From Paraspadella gotoi (lineage: Eukaryota; Animalia; Chaetognatha): a stretch of 64,000 bases of DNA. The notes under the pieces were generated by a model. It made no database searches and was not told the DNA's origin. It saw only the letters and a list, made by a program, of their open reading frames with translations. Shown piece by piece: positions 1 through 30,586 of this stretch (position 1 is its first letter; the number at the start of each line of letters is the position of its first letter). The DNA lies in assembly GCA_051294375.1 (NCBI GenBank), contig CM119270.1, forward strand, positions 13,043,407 through 13,107,406. Direction: 5' to 3'. Both the position numbers and the translations under genes were made by a program.

Positions 1-578
1 TCCAGTTTTCCCCTCTTTCAAGCTTCCATCACCCATCTCCCAATGTCCTTCATCATTTGATGAGAGAGTATTTTGACATGTACATTGTACAATTGTTATT
101 ACTAGATCTTATGTTCTGTTTTTCTTTTTGGCGAAATTTCACATCGTGGCGTAATTTGCATCAAATTAGTCGAGTATTTTTTTTTCTTGCTACCGATTTT
201 TAATTTATTTCTTGAAGGGTCAGTATTTTTATTTTTCTCTTGTGTTTTTTGCCGAAATGATTTGGTCATGATTTAGGCAACACAAAGAAGTTCGGTAAAT
301 ATCTGCCTTTCATAGATTAATTATGTACTAATATACGAATTATCGTATGCATTTGTTAGTATAATTTTAGAAATGTTACTGCATACGGCATCCTTATTTC
401 TAAATAAGCATTGCTTTCCAGTATCATTTTACAATTCGTTATTTGTATACATTCCCTTCAAGAAGGGTTTTATTTGCAAGAGTTTTTATTTAAATAACGT
501 TCGAAATCCTTAGTCATTGTTAAACACAAACAGTCATGATTGAAAAACTGGTTCGTTCAACTTGAAACAAAATTAAAA

Positions 579-892
579 ATGGTTTGTGTTCCTTGCATCG
601 TGGTACCACTGCTGCTTTGGGTTTGGCACAAGTTCATTCAACCGTACGTGCTCATGATCTGGAATCCGTGGGGAAGCAAGAAAGTAGAGGGTGAGTACCG
701 AGTACCTTTTCCTACTGCGGTTTATTACTTAAACAAGATTCTCGGAATCATCGGTCTTTGCTTTCAGGGGATAAATCGAATGAAAAGACGGAAGCGTCAC
801 TCGTGACGGAAAAGGGTGATCCGTCCTTTGTCAAAAACGACGTCAACGGCATTTCTTGTCCCCTCAAGGGAGAGACTAAAAAGGCGCAGTGA
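579..892 (+). CDS. C18orf32: UPF0729 / C18orf32-like small membrane protein; 2 exons (579-690, 768-892)
   Basis: N-terminus MVCVPCIVVPLLLWVWHKFIQPY matches the family signature [23 protein letters not shown]. A GT-AG intron at 691-767 keeps the frame to TGA 890-892. AATAAA at 1124. Confidence 0.85.
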
Positions 893-1237
893 CCCGGAAT
901 GGCGCCATTGGTGCTTCGACAGAAAAAAAAAACTGATGAATTCTATCCTGTGTACTGAAACTCATTATCAGTAGTTAATCGATGGGCTCTTGTCTTTAAC
1001 TTTATTTCAATGTCAATCTAACTTGTTCATTGCTTATTTATGTCTCATCCACGTCATCGGTTTTCCATTCGGTTATTCTAGTCACTGCACCTTTACTTTT
1101 TTTCTTTTCTATAGAGAAATCGAAATAAACAGTGATTAAAAATACGATTGTAAAGTTTTTTAAAAATTAGCGTTGCCTTGAAATAACTTATAAAGAGACA
1201 AGTTTCCCAAGAAGTTGGATAATTACGAAACAGCAAA

Positions 1238-13020
<11,783 letters not shown>

Positions 13021-14613
13021 CGACGTTGACGCCGCATTCGACGCCGGTCGTTGCTCCGGCGTGAGTCGAGTCGACGCTTTCACGTTCCTCAAACAAGTCG
13101 CGGGAATCGCTTTTCGAGTTTAAAATGTAAAAAAAATCATCGTCCAGGATTTCTTCATTTCACAAAACCACCGCCGCCAACGACGCAGACGACCACAAAA
13201 AACTATTATAATCTTTTTTTTTATCGGAATTTTAAAGGACAAAAAAGGGGAATTTGTGCTCTCTCACTTTTTCTCTCGGCGCGCTAAATTTTATTTTTCC
13301 CCCTTCCATCGCCCCTTTCGCTTTTTCATCGTCTTCACTGCCCGACATATCTTTTATTGTCGGGCGATCATGCTTGGCGCCAAAAGCTGCTTCGTTGGTT
13401 TAATAATGTAATGTTTTTTAATGAATAGTCGTCCAGGTGTATTTTTTAATCTAGTATTTTTGGATGGGGTTCTTCGGCAGTTAATGTGACAGTTTTTAAC
13501 ATTCAGAAAACGAGGTTTTTCCATCCGTAAAGCGGTGTGGGCGAATTCGCTCTGAGAGACTCCCACTAGTTTTCTTTTCTATTTTGTCGCCATATTCTAG
13601 TCGATATTTTTCTTTTCTTATTTTGTATTGACGCGGTCATGAATGGCACTGTTTGTAAAGCTAAACGTATATTAATTACCCTTTTAAGAAATCAATTATG
13701 TTGTCTTCGGTTGAAGGTTCATCGATTTTTAGTGTTTCTCACTAAGAAAAGAATTGTTTCGCATTTTCGTCGGACAAAGGCGGAAGACATGTGACCCATA
13801 GATGTTGTATGTTGCACGTAATTGATAGCACACTCTCTCATTCTTTTTCATTCGATAAGAGTAATTTTTTTCGCATCCCTATTATTAATAACGAAATTTA
13901 TAATTCGAAATTTTTTTTTTAGGGGGAGGATAGAGTCACATGAAGTATTAGACGTTTATTTCGCTCATGTTTATGTAGCAACTAACGTTTTAATTTTATT
14001 GTGGCTTCGTTTATAAGTGTTAGTACTTTTCGATATAATTAGTTAGTAAAATTTTGTAATTGCCATGCGTTATTCTGTAGGGTTGTTGTTAAACTCTGGC
14101 CGACATAGTTTTCGGCAGAATATACATTTGTTAAACGACGATTAAATTTCTCCTTGATCCTTACTGCTATCCTGTACACAAAAAGACTAGACATCGTCGG
14201 GTGATCTTAAAGAATGAGAAATATACAAAAAAAATCTTCACCCCAAAAAAAAACAGTTCTGTTGTTTTCGAGAAAGGTTGAAATTTTGCGAGCAACGCTG
14301 TTGTATATTTTTCATTCTGTATGAATATGTCACCCTCAAAGCGAAAGAAAAACGACAACTAAAAACTTAAATGTTCATGCGATTATTTCCCCTTATACCT
14401 ATACATATATCCTAATACGATCTTACAAGTTCAATTACAAAGGACTTAAAATCTTGGTACGCACTTTTACAAGATTCCTCTCTCATATTTTAGTGCGTTC
14501 GCGTCAATAAGATCTGGTTGTATAGAGATTTTAAAAAAAGAAATTCTGCGACGCTTGAAACCCACACACAAAAAAGAAAAAACTGGAATTTGTTCGTGGT
14601 TTCCTCCATTTCG

Positions 14614-14658
14614 GAAGACGGAGCCGACTCCTCAAGAAGACGGAGCCGACTCCTCAAG
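14614..14658 (+). repeat. 22-nt perfect tandem duplication upstream of LSm4
   Basis: GAAGACGGAGCCGACTCCTCAA occurs twice in tandem. Confidence 0.9.
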
Positions 14659-14703
14659 GTCGACAAACTCTCTCATCCCGCTGCCGACATTCGCGTCGAG
14701 GCG

Positions 14704-15430
14704 ATGGTGCTGCCGCTTTCCCTACTGCGGACGGCCGTCAACCATCCCATGCTCGTCGAGTTGAAAAATGGAGAGACATATAACGGTCACCTGGTCTCCT
14801 GCGATAACTGGATGAATATCAATTTGAGGTAACGCGGTTCAAGAGTTAACTTTTTGTTCATTTTCATGTATTCCCGATTTTTGCGCCATTTACCCCGGTT
14901 TTACTTTTTTGTTAGGGAAGTAATCTGCACGTCGCGCGATGGCGACCGATTTTGGCGAATGCCAGAATGCTATGTTAGGGGTGAGTATTTGCATCTCAAT
15001 GGTGGTAAGGTTTTTTTGTTTGTTTTTTTTTCCGAAATTTATATGTGGATCATTCTTTAAACTTAGTTTTTTCTGTTCACTGGATTTTTTTTTAATTATC
15101 CCATTTCCAGGATCTACCATTAAGTATCTCCGCATTCCTGACGAAGTTATTGACATGGTTAAGGAAGACGTCATTTCGAAAGGTGTGATATGGACTCGTT
15201 TAATCAATTACATTAGAACCCCAATTGAAGCTTTAAGTTGGTGCAGGCGGACGCGGCGGTCGTGGTGGAGCCGGGGACAACCCTGGCGGACGCCGAGGAG
15301 GATCGATCGGTCGTGGCGGTTCACGCGGCGGCGGTGCTGGCCGCGGAGGTGGCTCCGGTGGTGGACGCGGGGGTGGCGGGGAGGACGTGGCGGTGGAAGA
15401 GGTGGAAGAGGAGGACAGAGACAAACGTGA
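14704..15430 (+). CDS. LSM4: U6 snRNA-associated Sm-like protein LSm4; 4 exons; apparent 1-nt deletion in the RGG tail
   Basis: [82 protein letters not shown] followed by an RGG-rich tail. Confidence 0.96.
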
Positions 15431-15907
15431 TTTTGTGATATTCATATCTCGTTGTTTTGATTTTTCGGTATTCTTTACCAGGTTGTTTTCTTTTTATTTC
15501 ATAATTCATAACAAAAACAATTTCATTTTTCGACTCCATTCTTTGACATAAAAAAGTTTTGTCATGTTCTTCGAATTACATTTTCGACCTTATGCTGGCA
15601 TATTGATTGACTTAGAAAAAGCACAAGCTAGGCGAGATTAATTTAAAATTGCCTAAATCAACAAAACTGCCCACTCTTTTTGTCTTGTTGTTTTAGGCCA
15701 GTTTGCTATGTCTGAAAATGTGTTGCTTTTTATTGAAGTAATGTTTGAGCACAATGCTCGTTTTTGAATAACCGAATGAAAGCTATAACCTCTGGAATTT
15801 AAGGAAAATTTCTAAAAAAGTGCAATTCATGATATTCGGCCATCACACATGACGTCCCTCCAAATTTATTTCATGTTTACAAGGATTTTTAAGAGACCGA
15901 AAAACCT

Positions 15908-18726
15908 ATGGAGGTTCCATTGCGTGGAATCATCTTTAGCGAGTTCCATCCGACCGCGGGACCAAAAATTACTTTTATGGCCCCAGAAAACTGCATGGAG
16001 AAGGAAGTATTTGACACGGTCTCCTCCTACATCATCCCCAAGCCAGAATTGAAAGACAGGCTTATTACCATCACCACTTTGGATTACAAGATCCTTGGTT
16101 GCCCCGTTTGCATTCAGGTAGCTAAGCTAAGAATTATCGGGAAAAAAATGAAAGCGTTACGTTTGGTGATTATTTACTGTAGGATAAGAAGTACGAAAGA
16201 AATGCACTTATATTTAACCTCTGTTTCGTTTGTACGGCTCAGTCAAGAACGAAACCTATTGAACCTGTGGTAAGTTAATGAGTTAATAATGACTGAGGAA
16301 ACGTTCATTGAAATTTTTATTTTACGGTAAACTCACTTTGTATTTCCATTGAAGGTAAAAAAACTAGCGGATTATTTGACCACGTTGGAGACCGAATCTG
16401 ATTTTGTGTCGAACGAGAATAAAAAAATGCAAATACAACCATTAATAGAACAAATTCTGAGAGATTTAAATGAAACCAGGAGGTAAAAAATTTATAATTC
16501 TAAAGATAAGGACGATTACTAATTTGCGGGTTGCTTGTTACAATTTTAAGAGTTTCCCGAGTGCTTTTGCGATGGTTTTTTTTTTCTCGTAGATGTTCCA
16601 TTACCGTCAACGACTCAGTAACTATCTATTTAAAAGTGATTGACCGTCTTCCTCTTGGAGATTCAGGTTTTTGCTTGGCTTTTTTATCCAATGGTGGGGA
16701 AGAAACCCCATAGTATTTTAATTATGTTAAGAGGAGATATTTCCCCAATAAGAAATCAGTTGTGCCACTTTATTCTAGCTAAAATGTTATTCGGTTGGGA
16801 ACAAGTCCCCCCTCCCAGCTGTCCCGTCTCTTTCCCTCCATCCCAATATGCAAAAGAGGCTCCTGACACTGAGGAACCGATGCTTTCTTCAGGTTGTCAA
16901 CATGAGAAAAAATTATTAAAGACAATGTGGTGTTTTGTTTAGTATCTGTTTAAAATTTGGTGAAAGAGACTTGTTTGTTTTAAAGAAATTCGTTTCAGAA
17001 TACGGTTGGGAAAATCGGGTGCTTGCTTGTGTTCAATGGACGATGTTTTCATTTGAATAGCATGGTTTCCCTTCACTTGGGTATTTTTCATAACCGACGA
17101 ATGCATTTTCCGCACATTTTCTTTCTGGGAAAGGTTTTTTTTTTCATAATTTTACTTTCACCGACCACCCAAAAGCTTTTACCGGATTTTTATCTCGCAC
17201 AAGCAGATATGTAGTTTTATTTTTTTAGGCCAACAAATTTCGCAATAATGCCCTGCCTCTGATTGTCTTCGTGTCAAAGGAACTCCTTTCACCGGGTATT
17301 TCTTCCTTCCCCAGATCCTTTCGTGTCTTCCTCCGCCCTGCCCCTCGTGGTCCGCGAGCACGATGTTCCCATCTTTAAGGCGGAGTTGGCGGCGATGTCT
17401 CGCGGCGGCAGCGGCGGCGTCAGCGGCGTCGGCATCGGCCTCTCCGTCGACGAGGACGAGTTTGTCAAGATCAAGAGTCACCTAGACATGACCACGCAGC
17501 AGATCCTTCCTTTTATCGACGGTTTCAGGTGAGACTAATACAAAAAAAACTTACTATCGATGTTCCATTGTTCCAAGTTCACAAAAGCGGTTGGATTTGA
17601 GGAATGATAACTGGGATAACTGCCTCATGCCCGAATTCGTTCCGCCAAACCCCCCAGGCACGTAAAACGGATCTCTCTCGAGGCGGATGTTGATATAAAT
17701 CTCGTAAAAATCTGTTTGCAAAATTTGCTCCAGTTCGGCTACATACTGATCATACCCATATTTTTGTATAGGTGAATACTGACGACTGATATTTTTGACA
17801 TGCGTACTATTGTAAGTGGAAATAATGTTTTTGTTGAACTCCTAGCAACGTTTACGTGGCCACCGAAGATTTAGACCGGTTGGTTTCGGAGAAAGCGCTC
17901 TGGGATCAGTGTCGCCATTTTGTCAAGAAAAGAACGACCGAAGGAAGGAAGGAATCGGTACAGTATATCATAAAAGATTAAAAATAATGATAGTTGCTTA
18001 TCATGTTTTTTTTTTTAATAAGTTTTATTCAGCCTTTTCTCTTTCTGCCCTTCTTTTTCCTGACCCCAGTCCACAGTTCGCCCGAAAACATCGCCTCTAT
18101 TTCTGAGTCATGAATCCGTCGATCTCCTCCCTTCTTTCACCGACGTCTTCACCATTCTCTGTGGAATGAACATGGGCACTCGGATCAAGGATCTTTGCAA
18201 CAGGTTTTGTTTTTTCTCGTTTTAAATGAGTATTTTCTATTTTCTTGGAGCCAGACGTCAAGATGTCACGCTATTGGAAGAACAAAGTCAATGGAACTTC
18301 GCTCTTTTCCAGACACGCGCGACATTTTTCGCGAATCGACGTGAAGCGTTTGGTCCAGTTCGGACTCATTCACAAGCTTATCTACTGCGTGCGAAAATAC
18401 CCCGTGGTGGTCAATAGCGATTGTCTTTCCAAAAGGCGAGACTCTTGTCCCGATCTCCGATTGCGTTTTATCGCTGTCTGCTCTTCGTTAATTAAAATAG
18501 TGACGACTAAATACTAAGATGTGCTTGATGTTGATGCGTGATGCTTCTTAAATTTTAAGGTATCGGGATCATATTAAGCTCTTATTTGTACAGGCTACGT
18601 CCCTTGGCGCGCCTGCTAAACGGCGAACGCTCTCTGGACGAAATTGCCTGCCGCGCGGGATTCGACTTTCAAGAGCTGGAGGAGCTCGTGGAGGAAGATC
18701 CTGGCGTCGTAACTGTCATCCGGTGA
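15908..18726 (+). CDS. NPRL2: GATOR1 complex subunit NPRL2 (multi-exon)
   Basis: [91 protein letters not shown]; stop TGA 18724-18726. Confidence 0.95.
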
Positions 18727-19241
18727 AAGAACTATTCGAAAAGGAAGCGTGAGATAAAATTAAATCATCGACCACGGATTTAAAGATGGGGGGGGGGAAA
18801 GAGGCTATCGCTTGGCTTCAGACGCGACGCCCCGTTTCGCAGGGAATACGTTGCGCTTAAGAGACTGCGTTAAAGGTCGAACCGGTCATTGCTCTTTGAA
18901 GTAGCATCGTGAGCTGGTTTTCTTCGTGATCTGAACTATTTTCGAAAAGATGACTCGATAATATCGATGAACCTTCCGCATTTTTTTTCGGGTTTATCGT
19001 TTATTACAACTATTTTATTTTTAAATCTTTACAGGAATTTTGGGAATTAAGTTGAAAAAAAGTTTTATTTCCTGGCCATGAATTTTGTCTGGCTCGCAAA
19101 TCAAAAACTTTAAAAACGAACCCTAAGCCCAGGCTAATCCTTTTCCATTGCAATAAAAAACTCGACTTCCGCGCGATTCGCCGACATTAACCAAGCAAGC
19201 GAGCGAGCTTCTCTCGGTCCGAGAAGCTCGTGGTGCCCGAG

Positions 19242-20173
19242 ATGGCGCGCGAGTACGATCATCTCTTCAAGCTGCTTATCATTGGCGACAGCGGGTGGGT
19301 TTTTGGGTTCGGGGTGCGGGAGACGTACTGACTGGGAAGTGAAGACGTATGAAATTTCTCTTACATCTTACATTCTTGAACTATCCATGGTAATTCTTAA
19401 ACAGTTTGTTTTACTCGCCCCTTTTATCTCTAGCGTCGGTAAGAGCAGTCTTCTGCTCCGATTCGCCGACAACACCTTCACCGGATCTTACATCACGACG
19501 ATCGGCGTCGACTTTAAGATCAAAACTGTCGAGATAAACGGCGAACGCGTCAAACTGCAAATATGGGATACGGCAGGCCAGGAACGATTCAGGACCATCA
19601 CTTCTACCTACTACAGAGGAACACACGGCGTCATCGTTGGTAATCCTAAGACATAAAAAAAAATTATTTCTTGATTTCCTCGTAACTTCTATGTAACAAT
19701 ATTTTGATTGCGTTTTTTCATCAGTGTACGACGTCACTTCCGGCGACTCCTTCGCCAACGTCAAGCGTTGGCTTCACGAAATCGACCAAAACTGTGATAG
19801 CGTCTCCCGCGTCCTCGTCGGCAACAAGGACGACTGTCCCGACCGAAAAGTAGTCCTCACCCAAGGTAAGAAGAAGAAGAGGCTTTGAACGGAATCACTC
19901 GATCAACCGCGGACCAATCAATCGTACTTTTATTATTTCCCATCCTTAGACGCCCAGCGCTTCGCGGATCAAATGAGCATTCGCATGTTCGAGACGTCGG
20001 CAAAGGAGAACAAAAACGTGGAGGACATGTTTAACTGCATAACTAAACAAGTGTTGGACAGTAAAAAGAGGCGGCAAGAGCGCGAGGCGGAGCAGGCCAA
20101 GAACGACACTGTGCATTTAGGAAGACACAAAGGAGGAATGGGAACGAGAATCAAAAACAAAAAATGCTGTTGA
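19242..20173 (+). CDS. RAB35: Ras-related protein Rab-35; 4 exons
   Basis: [47 protein letters not shown]...[50 protein letters not shown]...KKCC*. Confidence 0.95.
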
Positions 20174-21877
20174 GAGTGTGAAGGAAAAGAAGAAAAAAAA
20201 AGTTTGTACAAAAATTTTATAAAAGTGTTTTGCCCGTGTTCTTTTTTCTGTTATTTGAGTCTACATGATAATCTCATGATAGTATTTGTGTTGGGATACA
20301 CCGAGTTGCGATGTTAGACGTAAAAATTAATAACGACATTTCTTGAAATTCATATTTTGGCAAGTTTTTTTTTTTCACAAATTCTGTTGCGCACGTTTGT
20401 TGACTCTCCTTTTTTCAACTCGGTATAAATTAACGGGTAACACCAATTTCGAATGATCATTTCAACAGTCTTTTATATTAGTCCTAAATATAATGTCTTC
20501 AGTCGTGTCTGATCGAAAATTAGTTTAAATATTTCATACCTATTCATTAGCAATTATTTCATAGTTAAATTTTTTCTCTGTCACAGAGTTGAGAAACTGG
20601 TAATTGCACTTCTTGTTATCGGTACGTAGTTTGAAACTTCAGTTCTAGCTTTAAATTTCATTTGTAGAATTTCACTGCCATTATTAAACGAACTGCATGT
20701 CTTTCAGAATAAGGACATAAAATTTAATTTTAATGCCTCTATGTTCGGACGTCAACTTTTCAGAAAGAGTTAAGAATATTGAATGTCCTATTTGGCGGGC
20801 ACTGTGCCTTGACTAATGTTGATGTTGACGTCCTCAAAATACGCTACATTGGAATAAAAACGCATAGAATTAGGTGCTATTTAAAAAAACAAGAGTGACC
20901 CGAAAACAAAGCTTTAGTAATTTTACATAAAATACGAGACTGTTGTTATACGTAGTTCAAAAATTTTATTAGCATTGTAACAACTTAAATAATTCTACGG
21001 TTCATTTGCATTTCGCGAACGTGCATGATACTACCGGCTTCTTGAAAACTCGGTTCTGAGGCCTTTTCTCCTCAACTTCGTATTAATTTGGTTTTGGCCT
21101 TAAAAAAATATTCAGCTAAATCTTGATAAATAATCCATATTTTATTCCGAAAACCCTGTGATAAAAATTGTCTTACTCCCCGATCTTTTTCCTCGTTTTT
21201 CTTGTTGGTTGTTTTCTTATTTTTCCCCATTCTTGCGATGACCACCGTCCCATAATTAATAAGTTTATAACACCGCGTTTGGGACTTCGCCCCGAAAATG
21301 GTTAAAAGTCTTAGTTAAGATATTTTTTTGTGGATGTAATTGTTTGTTGGGGTGAAGGGTACTCGTTAGAGCCAACTATTTATGCTTTTGATAAAAAAAA
21401 ATCAAAATAATTTTTTTCGGGGATTAACTGTATCCTTATACCTTTCTGTTATTTATGAGGTATTCGTAGAGAAAATCTGTACTTTATACTTTGTAAATAC
21501 GCGAGTAGTTAGGCCTTTTAACAACTCGTCTCTAATACTACGCTTTTTTATAGGCCGCATATATAAATTGTATGACGCCCGTTTTTCATTTTCGCGCTAA
21601 CGTGGCGAACAAAAAAATTGACAATTTGGTTTTAAAAGATCAAATTATTTGAAACAAAACTCGAAACTCGATCGTCTCTTTCGAACAAAAGAGAGACGCT
21701 GCTCTTCGTCCGCCAAGACCTCCTACGGCCGCGCGAAGAATCTCGTTTTATCTCGCGCGCACGAGCAAAAGACGATGATCAGGAGTCGGACGAGTCCGAC
21801 CGTGGGCGTGACGTCCGCGCGAAGCTGACGACGTCAACGTCCGGGTGAAGCCGACGACTCGTGAAGAAAAGAAAGCC

Positions 21878-27289
<5,412 letters not shown>

Positions 27290-29168
27290 CAATTTTTTTT
27301 TCTTAGTTTATTATCGTTTAGGGAATTTTTAAAATTTGTCTTTTTGGACAGCGTATCTTTTTCGATGTTTCGGGTAATATTTTTTTTTGTCCTTGTTAGT
27401 TCTTTATTTTGAAGTTTACGTTAGAGTCTAACGACGCGGCGTTAGAAGTAAACAGTGTAAGCTCCGTCAGGATCTGTCGATTTGAAAACTAGATTAAATA
27501 TAACGATATATTAATAATGAAGTCATTGGAACAATGCTGGAATCATACGTATTTTGTAATCGCATCAAATTGAGGTTTCACTGTTGTTCCTAATGTAAAA
27601 GCGTGGAAGCAGAAGGGAAACGTTTTATTATTCCTATTGATATAAAATATATGTAACAGAATACAAACTACATGAGGATTTAGTTACGAATTCACTTAAA
27701 TGTTGTTCTCGTCAAATCATCTATTTCCGGTGTGGGAAGGTTAAAATAATTGTTCTTTAACCTGGAAGGAATCGGGTTGTTGGGTACCCTTTAATTTTTC
27801 AATCAAACCCAGAATCTAGTCCCCGACCCCCACCCTTTCATCACTGCCATCAAGTACCCTCTTATCCCGTTTTACTCGTCCTTTTTTCGGCCCAAAGCTG
27901 TTTTATTTCCCTCGGTTTGACGTGAGCCTTTTATATAATACAGAGCTTATAATAATATTGTTATAATTATGCTTTATTTATTAATAACTTATTAAGATAG
28001 AGATAACTTTCACGGATTTATTTTTTTAAAGGTGAGTATGTAGGTCACTTTTGTCATAAATCCTTTGATATAAAGATAAATTATTCTAAGCTGCATTTAA
28101 TAAGTTTCTTTGGTCTATGAAATATAGTTATTTCATTTAAATTTCACTACTCCCTTTAATACAAACTGCTTCGCACTGGGATCGATGTATAGTATTTGTT
28201 TTGCTTTCCGGTTTTGAGGATGTTAAAGCTAATTTTCACTCGCCTTTAGGCTATTGCATTTTGAACTACGATGAAATGTGTGAATTTTATATACCAGGAT
28301 TTAAAGAATAATTGCCCATCACTATTAAATTGTCCAAGTTTTCAGATAAGTTAACCTATTAACGTCCCAAATTATATTCTTCCCTATAACTGTGATAATT
28401 GTGAAATCCCATTTTCCAGAGGCCATTTAATAACATTTAATAATTCTTTTACGTATATTAGATGTAAAATCATTCCCGTTATCTACATGCCTTAAATAGC
28501 TTTAAAAATCGTATTCCACAGTGCACCCTCAATTACCAAGTCTTTTTGGATCGTACTGTTTTGAGTCATAAGTAGTATTTGTTGACTACCCTGTTCGAGA
28601 AATATATTGTTAAGTTTATATTACGTAATTCGCATGGCTTTTTGATACCAAAATAAAAATATAGACCGAGAAATAGCATTCATTTACGGTCGTTTTTCCT
28701 AGAAAGCCGTGACGGCGATTCAAGTCAATTTCATCCTACAAAACCCTCCCGGCAAACCCTAGTTATTTATTTAAACAGTTTACTGACGCAAAAACTTTAT
28801 TTACAGTTAAAAGCTAATTATAAATGCAACAGATTTACCGTGCGGCATGAACGTTCTGGTTTTTATGTTTATATTTTGCTTCTGTTTTGTATTAATTTTT
28901 TTTTCCTGTTAGTGCTTAAAACCACTTGAATTTAAAAAATTTCGACATGGAACTTTTTTATACTCGTTTTGGAAATTGACATAATAAAAAAAATGGGGAC
29001 CACCTATCTCCCTTATCCATCAGGCGAGTGTTTACTTCGTAGTTTCAATACTCAATAGGCGTGACAGATTATCTACTTTTGAAACGCTTGTCGGTAGAGG
29101 ATTGAATTATTTTGATCTTCTCGCCATTAGGAGCTCGATCAAATTTTGCGTACAGTACGACGACTTCT

Positions 29169-30586
29169 ATGACAAACGCATTGCCCGGCGCTTTGTCTCT
29201 GGAGCTCGTTCTGGCCCGGTCGAGCGCCGCGGATCTCCGAAGCGTCCGTCGGCTCAATGCTTGGCACCAAAGTATCTGCGACATTTCTGTCCTCCGAAGA
29301 TTACCTAACCTGGAGATCCTTAACTTAAGTAGCAACTTGATCAATGATCTCAGGTTTGCAGAACAAATGACGAGGAATGTTAGAATGTTAGATTAATTCT
29401 ACTCTAAGGAAAAAAATGTAGAATGAAAAGCGGGGGGAAAAACGGGGCGATGCATTTCACCCTATTATGTTTGCTACTTTCTGATTTCTAAATCAAAACA
29501 ATAACAAGAAAACCTGAGCTTCCACATCTTCACTCCCTCTCAGTCCGTTGCAGTTTTGTCCGTCATTGAAAGAAGTGTATCTTCGCCGTAATGAGATCGG
29601 CGCCATCTGCGAATTGAAACGCCTTCAGGGCGCGAGGGATCTGCGGGCCTTGTGGTTGTCGGGAAATCCGTTATGTCGTCGATTCGACTCTGTGGACGAG
29701 TATAGGAAGGCGGTTATTCGCTTTTTGCCGCAGGTTCGGGAGAAGAGGTGGGAAGTATTTTATTTTAATTCTTGTATTAATGTTATAAAAGTGTACTGAT
29801 CCACTCCCATTTTTTTCCCAGCTAACATCTCTCGACAACGTAGAGGTCAGCGAAGAAGAAAGGAGCCTCGCAATGTCCATCGACATCGGAGATGAGGCCA
29901 CTGGCTATAAGCTCGACCGCGCCATAACCGACGACGGTGAGTGTGCGTCAAATGTGCCTCGATCCCAAAACGAGGACGCGAAGATTGAAGACGTCGGAGT
30001 GACTCTTGCTGCCGTCGAAGTTGTTCCTTGCGCCGACGATGACGGAGGCGAGTTGGCGTCAACGACGCCCACCGACGAAACGGAGGAGTTGCTTGTCGCC
30101 TCGCTCCGATTCTCTCTCGTCGAGACTAACGCCATTCGAGAATTTCTCGAGTTGAAACCGATCGAGACTGGAGGGGAGGAGGAAGAGGAGGATCAGGAAG
30201 AGGAGAAGGAGGTAGAAAATAAGCAAGAGGAAGAGGATTTGGATTCGTCCTCGACGATTCATTCCGAGGCAACGGAGGATGGAGACTTTGGAGACGGCTG
30301 CGATCTCGAAGATCGAGGGTCGATGGAACAAAACTTGTTCGTTGGCGGTCGTCACGACGACGACTATTCAGACGACGCGGATTCGTTAAAATTACAGAGC
30401 GAGTCGGGGAATGTCTCCGTAGAAACTGAATTTAAATCCGATGCTCTGAATGACAAAACGGATCGCAATAAGACGTCGCTGTTGAAGGCGACGCTGTTGC
30501 TGCTCAAAAATCTCTCGGCTGACGAGTTGCGGATGGTCGAGGAAGAGTGCAGGCTCTTGAGGAGGGAAGAGGACGACTGGGTTTAG
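29169..30586 (+). CDS. CFAP410: Leucine-rich repeat cilia protein CFAP410/C21orf2-like; 3 exons
   Basis: LVLARSSAADLRSVRRLNAWHQSICDISVL...LKEVYLRRNEI...LRALWLSGNPLC...YRKAVIRFLPQLTSLDNVEVSEEE, an acidic linker, and the C-terminal helix SLLKATLLLLKNLSADELRMV typical of the family. Confidence 0.85.
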
